The notes beneath the pieces were generated by a model that saw only the letters and a program-made list of their open reading frames with translations, made no database searches and was not told the DNA's origin. 64,000 bases of DNA, taken from positions 2,944,001-3,008,000 of the forward strand of contig CBDCJH010000002.1 in assembly GCA_965217775.1 (NCBI GenBank), in the 5' to 3' direction. Numbering within the stretch: position 1 is the stretch's first letter; every line of letters starts with the position of its first letter. The stretch is from Acidobacteriota bacterium. Its GTDB lineage: Bacteria; Acidobacteriota; UBA6911; RPQK01; JAJDTT01. The position numbers and the translations under genes were made by a program. This document shows, piece by piece, positions 60,090 to 64,000 of the stretch.

Positions 60090-63000
60090 ATGCGATGGTC
60101 TCGTCTCCTGCTCGGACTGCTGTTCCTCTACGGCTGCGGCGAGAGTAACGAAACCGGTCCGCTCTCACCGGAGGAGTCGCTGGCCGGTTTTCAGCACCCC
60201 GGTGACGTCCGGATAGAGATCTTTGCCGCCGAACCGTATGTAAGGGACCCGGTCGACCTGGTATTCGACGAGGAGGGGAGAGCCTTCGTGGCCGAGATGC
60301 TGGACTACCCCTACGACCCTCCACCGGGGCAGCCGCCTCGGAGCCGGATCCGGGTCCTGGAAGATCGGGACGGCGACGGTAGAGTGGACCACTCGGTGGT
60401 CTTCGCCGACGGGATTCTCCAACTCAAAGGCTTGGCCTTGTGGGATGGAGGCGTCATTGCCTCCGCGGCGCCGGACCTACTCTACTTCAAGGACACGGAC
60501 GGCGACCTCCGCGCGGATGAACGGCGAGTCCTGTTTACCGGCTTCGAAGTGGGTCAGCCTCAGGGGCGGGTGAGCAACCTTCGCTACTCCCTGGACAACT
60601 GGATCTACGTCTCGAACGACGGACATCCGGGACGGGTCAGGTCTCCGGACCGGCCCGGGGCCGACTCGATCTCGGTCCTGGGAACCGATTTCCGGTTCCG
60701 CCCCGGCCGGGGCGTTTTCGAAGCGGCTTCGGGAGCCGCCCGCTTCGGCCAGACCTTCGACGATTGGGGCCACCGCTTCGTTACGCGGACCGGAACCCAC
60801 GTCCTGCACGTGCTCCTGCCCCGCCGCTATTTGGAGAGAAACCCCTACCTGGCAGCGCCCGCTGAGATCATCCGGGACGTCTCGGACCATGACCGCCGCA
60901 TCTACTCCCGGACGCCACCCGAAAAGTGGCGCGAACTCCGAACCCGGGTGAGACAGGAGCGTTCCGATCAGATGGGCCTGGGGCGCACCGGACAAGTCCA
61001 GGGGTACTTCACCGGCGCGACGGGGGGCACCGTCTATTCGGGCGACCGGCTTCCGCCGTCCTACCGGGGAAACCTCTTTACGGGAGGAGTCGCCGGGAAT
61101 CTGGTTCACCGGGATCTGCTGGCGCCGAGCGGCATCAGCTTCGTGGCCAGCCGCGCGCCGGAAGAACAGCACCGTGAGTTCCTGTCGTCCACCGATCCCT
61201 GGTTCCGGCCCGTTCAGTTCACCACCGGCTGGGACGGGAACCTCTACATCGTGGACATCTATCGAGAGCTGGTGGAGGATCCCGAGTCGATCCCGGAGCC
61301 CATCAAGCGGGATCTGGACTTCTATGCCGGGACCGACCGGGGCCGAATCTATCGGGTCGCCTCCGCCCGCGATCCGGCTCCGGCTCCCGTAAAGCCGTCC
61401 CTGACCGGAAAGGACCCCCGGAGCCTGGTTCGGCTTCTCTCCCATCCCAACCGCTGGTGGAGACTCACCGCTCAGCGCCTGCTGGTCCAGCGTCAGGAGA
61501 ACTCGGCCGTCGCGGAACTGAAGCACACCGTTCGCCAGGGAGCATCCGCCAAGGGCCGCTTGCACGCGTTGAATGCCTTGGAGGGGCTCTCCGCACTGGA
61601 TTCCGAAACCCTGACCCTGGCGCTGAAGGACTCGGTCCCAGGGGTGCGGGAGCATGCCGTCCGGATGGCTGAGGAGTTTCCCCGACTGCTCCCGAGACTG
61701 CTGGCAATGCCGGTGGGAGAGGAGCCGCGGGTCGGGTTCCAACTGGCCTTGAGTCTGGGCCGGTTCCAGGGCGAAGCCGTCACCCGGGCCCTGTCCCGGT
61801 TGGCTCTGCACCAGAGCCTGACACCCGGCTTTCGGGCAGCCATCCTGAGCTCGGAGGCCGGGTCCTCGCCGGATCTTGTAGAACATCTGCTGAACCTGGA
61901 CTTCTTCGGAGCAGCGGATCGGAAGCGGAGGGAAGAATTTCTGGAGGAACTCGCGGCCGTGATCGGTGCCCGTCAACGGCCAACGGAGATCAGGCGAATC
62001 CTGGAACTGGTTTTTCGATCTCGCGGTTTGGCGAACGAGGCCTGGCAGGGAGCCGGACTCGACGGACTGGCTCAGGGTCTGGAAATGGGAAGGGTCGCCG
62101 GCCTGGATCCGGCAGGCGCCCGAACCGCGCTCCGGCAACTATTGGAAACGGGTTCGACCCGCGTCCGTACGGCGGCGGCTCGTGTGTCCCGGCACTTCCG
62201 GATGCCGCGGCTTCGAGCTCAGGCCCGCCGGCAGGCATTGGACCCAAGCGCCTCGCCCCAGCAGCGGATACAGGCCGTCCGCACCCTGGCAAGTGTCCGA
62301 TTTCGGGACGCGCGTCCCATTTTCGGACACTTTTTGGATTCCGTTTCCGATTCCGCCCTGCGTTCCGAGGTTTTTCGGCTCCTGGGAGGATACGGCGACG
62401 TGGAGGTCGGCGACCTGATTATCTCCCGCTGGAGCACCCTCTCTCCGCGCGAGCGGCGGGCCGCCCTTCACGCCCTGATCGCCCACCGCGGACGCGCGTC
62501 CCGATTGCTGGACGCGCTGGAGCGGGGGACCGTGGAGACGGCGGCGTTGGAGCAGGACCACCGGGTCCTGCTGGCCCAGCACCCGGACGAAGCGATTCGG
62601 AATCGAGCCCTGGCCCTGCTGCGGCCCGACTCCCCGGACGAGAGGGATCGTGTGGTGCAGCACTACCGGAAAGTTCTGGACCTGGCCGCCGACTCGGAGC
62701 GGGGAGAGCAGGTCTTCGAGCGGGAGTGCGCCCGTTGTCACCAACCCCAGGAAGGGGACGCTGTGGGCCCGGATCTTCGCGTCGGGGTGCAGGGACACAC
62801 CCGGGAGGAGTTGCTCCAGGCCATTCTGAATCCCAACGCCCAGATCCTGGGCCTGTTCCAGAACTACATCGTGACCACCCGCGAGGGTCTGGTCTACGGC
62901 GGCGTCCTGGCGGCGGAGGGTCCCGGAAGCCTGACGTTGCGCAGCGGCCCCGGAGAGGAGGAGACGATTCTGAGGGCCCGCATCTCCGAAATCCGTGCGT

Positions 63001-63104
63001 CCCAGGTTTCGCTGATGCCCGAGGGTCTGGAAGAGAACATCGACCCGCAGGAGATGGCGGACCTCATCGCCTATATCCAAGCTGGAGACATGCTGGAGGA
63101 CTGA
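60090..63104 (+). CDS. PVC-type membrane-bound dehydrogenase / heme-binding CxxCH lipoprotein (propeller, HEAT repeats, cytochrome c)
   Basis: Lipobox LYGC; FAAEP, DYP, LEDRDGDG, WFRPV, DRGRIYRV, HEAT repeats, CARCH, VGPDL, SLMPEGLE. Confidence 0.9.
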   Translation: MRWSRLLLGLLFLYGCGESNETGPLSPEESLAGFQHPGDVRIEIFAAEPYVRDPVDLVFDEEGRAFVAEMLDYPYDPPPGQPPRSRIRVLEDRDGDGRVDHSVVFADGILQLKGLALWDGGVIASAAPDLLYFKDTDGDLRADERRVLFTGFEVGQPQGRVSNLRYSLDNWIYVSNDGHPGRVRSPDRPGADSISVLGTDFRFRPGRGVFEAASGAARFGQTFDDWGHRFVTRTGTHVLHVLLPRRYLERNPYLAAPAEIIRDVSDHDRRIYSRTPPEKWRELRTRVRQERSDQMGLGRTGQVQGYFTGATGGTVYSGDRLPPSYRGNLFTGGVAGNLVHRDLLAPSGISFVASRAPEEQHREFLSSTDPWFRPVQFTTGWDGNLYIVDIYRELVEDPESIPEPIKRDLDFYAGTDRGRIYRVASARDPAPAPVKPSLTGKDPRSLVRLLSHPNRWWRLTAQRLLVQRQENSAVAELKHTVRQGASAKGRLHALNALEGLSALDSETLTLALKDSVPGVREHAVRMAEEFPRLLPRLLAMPVGEEPRVGFQLALSLGRFQGEAVTRALSRLALHQSLTPGFRAAILSSEAGSSPDLVEHLLNLDFFGAADRKRREEFLEELAAVIGARQRPTEIRRILELVFRSRGLANEAWQGAGLDGLAQGLEMGRVAGLDPAGARTALRQLLETGSTRVRTAAARVSRHFRMPRLRAQARRQALDPSASPQQRIQAVRTLASVRFRDARPIFGHFLDSVSDSALRSEVFRLLGGYGDVEVGDLIISRWSTLSPRERRAALHALIAHRGRASRLLDALERGTVETAALEQDHRVLLAQHPDEAIRNRALALLRPDSPDERDRVVQHYRKVLDLAADSERGEQVFERECARCHQPQEGDAVGPDLRVGVQGHTREELLQAILNPNAQILGLFQNYIVTTREGLVYGGVLAAEGPGSLTLRSGPGEEETILRARISEIRASQVSLMPEGLEENIDPQEMADLIAYIQAGDMLED

Positions 63105-63153
63105 CGGAAGTCCGTAGCGAAGCCCCGCATCGCCCGTTCTTCAGTCCTCGGCG

Positions 63154-64000
63154 TCACTCGTAGAAACGGATGGAGTAGAGGTCCGCATCCTTCATCACGA
63201 AGCGGAGCCGAACGGCGGTTCCGGCCAGACGGCCCACGTCGCTACCCCCGTCCCACGACACGTCCCGGGCAATCTCGTCTCCAATGATCTCGGGACAATC
63301 CGCAAGGGAGAAGCCGGGTATCGGCTTCCCCTCGGTGTCTTGAATCTCCACTCTCAAACCCCCCGCGGCCGAAGTGGAGTAGTTGATTTCCAGACGGCTT
63401 CCGGAAAACTTCAGTGGCTTCGTCAGCATTTCCCCTCCGGCGTAGGGCGCGTTGACGGAGGCGAATCCGTCCAGCCGCAGGGTCAACCGCTGGATGTGCC
63501 ACGTGGGATGCCCGTAGTGCCGGCCCGCGTAGATGGACATCTCGGCCGGACCCGTCCGGACCACGCCCTGAAGCGGATAGTTGGTGCGGGACACCCAGTT
63601 GAGGGTGTCCGGTCCCGGGCGGACGAAGACGCCCATGAAGGTGCGGTCGTAGAGCGTGCCCCCCCGGGAGGTCATGAAGGCGGCGTCCGCGCAGTCGTGG
63701 CTCAGCCAGTCCGGATTATTGGGTTGGGTGGCGTCCGAGACAACGCCGGCGGCCTTGGCCCGCTCCTTGGTGAGCGCGGAGCGGCCATACATGAACCGCG
63801 GCGGGAAGGCCACGTAGATATGGGGTGCCCGGAAATACGAAACCGTCTGGTGCTCATAGAGATGTTCGGGCGGCACGATGCCTCCCGTGGTGTACTCCAT
63901 GGGGACGGGATCGGTCCAACTCAGGAGATCCGGGGATGTGCTCCGGGCCACGGAGCGTTTTCGGGGCCGGACGTTGGCGGTCATGAATCGGAAGTAGAGA
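63154..64000 (-). CDS. Hypothetical protein, glycoside-hydrolase-like beta-propeller family (5' end outside window)
   Basis: STSPDLLSWT, RLDGFASV, GEMLTKPL, INYSTSAAG, VRLRFVMKDADLYS. Frame is open to the window edge. Confidence 0.75.
   Translation of the reverse strand, partial: LYFRFMTANVRPRKRSVARSTSPDLLSWTDPVPMEYTTGGIVPPEHLYEHQTVSYFRAPHIYVAFPPRFMYGRSALTKERAKAAGVVSDATQPNNPDWLSHDCADAAFMTSRGGTLYDRTFMGVFVRPGPDTLNWVSRTNYPLQGVVRTGPAEMSIYAGRHYGHPTWHIQRLTLRLDGFASVNAPYAGGEMLTKPLKFSGSRLEINYSTSAAGGLRVEIQDTEGKPIPGFSLADCPEIIGDEIARDVSWDGGSDVGRLAGTAVRLRFVMKDADLYSIRFYE

Overview
GC-rich bacterial chromosome segment, most likely Acidobacteriota. This is inferred from an Oar-like TonB-dependent receptor, an acidobacterial VWFA protein, a PDZ-multi-TM sensor, a DUF1549/DUF1553/DUF1501 trio and a PVC-type heme protein. 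Positions ~1-22 kb are mostly core genes: rlmB, an oxoprolinase/hydantoinase A subunit, an NtrY/NtrX-like pair, xerC, rpsO-pnp-larB, dnaG-rpoD-tRNA-Ile2(CAT) and a C4 zinc-ribbon protein. Positions ~22-64 kb are mostly accessory catabolic or exported enzymes: a secreted KatG, PQQ dehydrogenase, SDR, MlrC, LLM, cyclase, POT transporter, TBDR, two Tat propeller lipoproteins, two sulfatases and ahcY. No CRISPR array, prophage or intact transposase is visible. Two dispersed repeat families are present: an ~160-bp IS5-like MITE (4 full copies plus end fragments) and GTAG-type REP/REPIN palindromes. The best leads, most of them missing from the ORF track, are: (i) a two-gene module at 37454-38900, with a 5'-truncated small 'YKGYP' toxin-like gene overlapping the start of an IrrE/ImmA-like gene that lacks HEXXH; (ii) a compact pseudoknot-like leader upstream of ahcY that does not resemble the canonical SAH riboswitch; (iii) katG, together with an MmeI-type R-M relic, apparently inserted between an atypical PQQ dehydrogenase and its likely cytochrome c partner; (iv) a 48-aa zinc-ribbon microprotein. 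All family assignments come from motif recognition by eye, not database searches.
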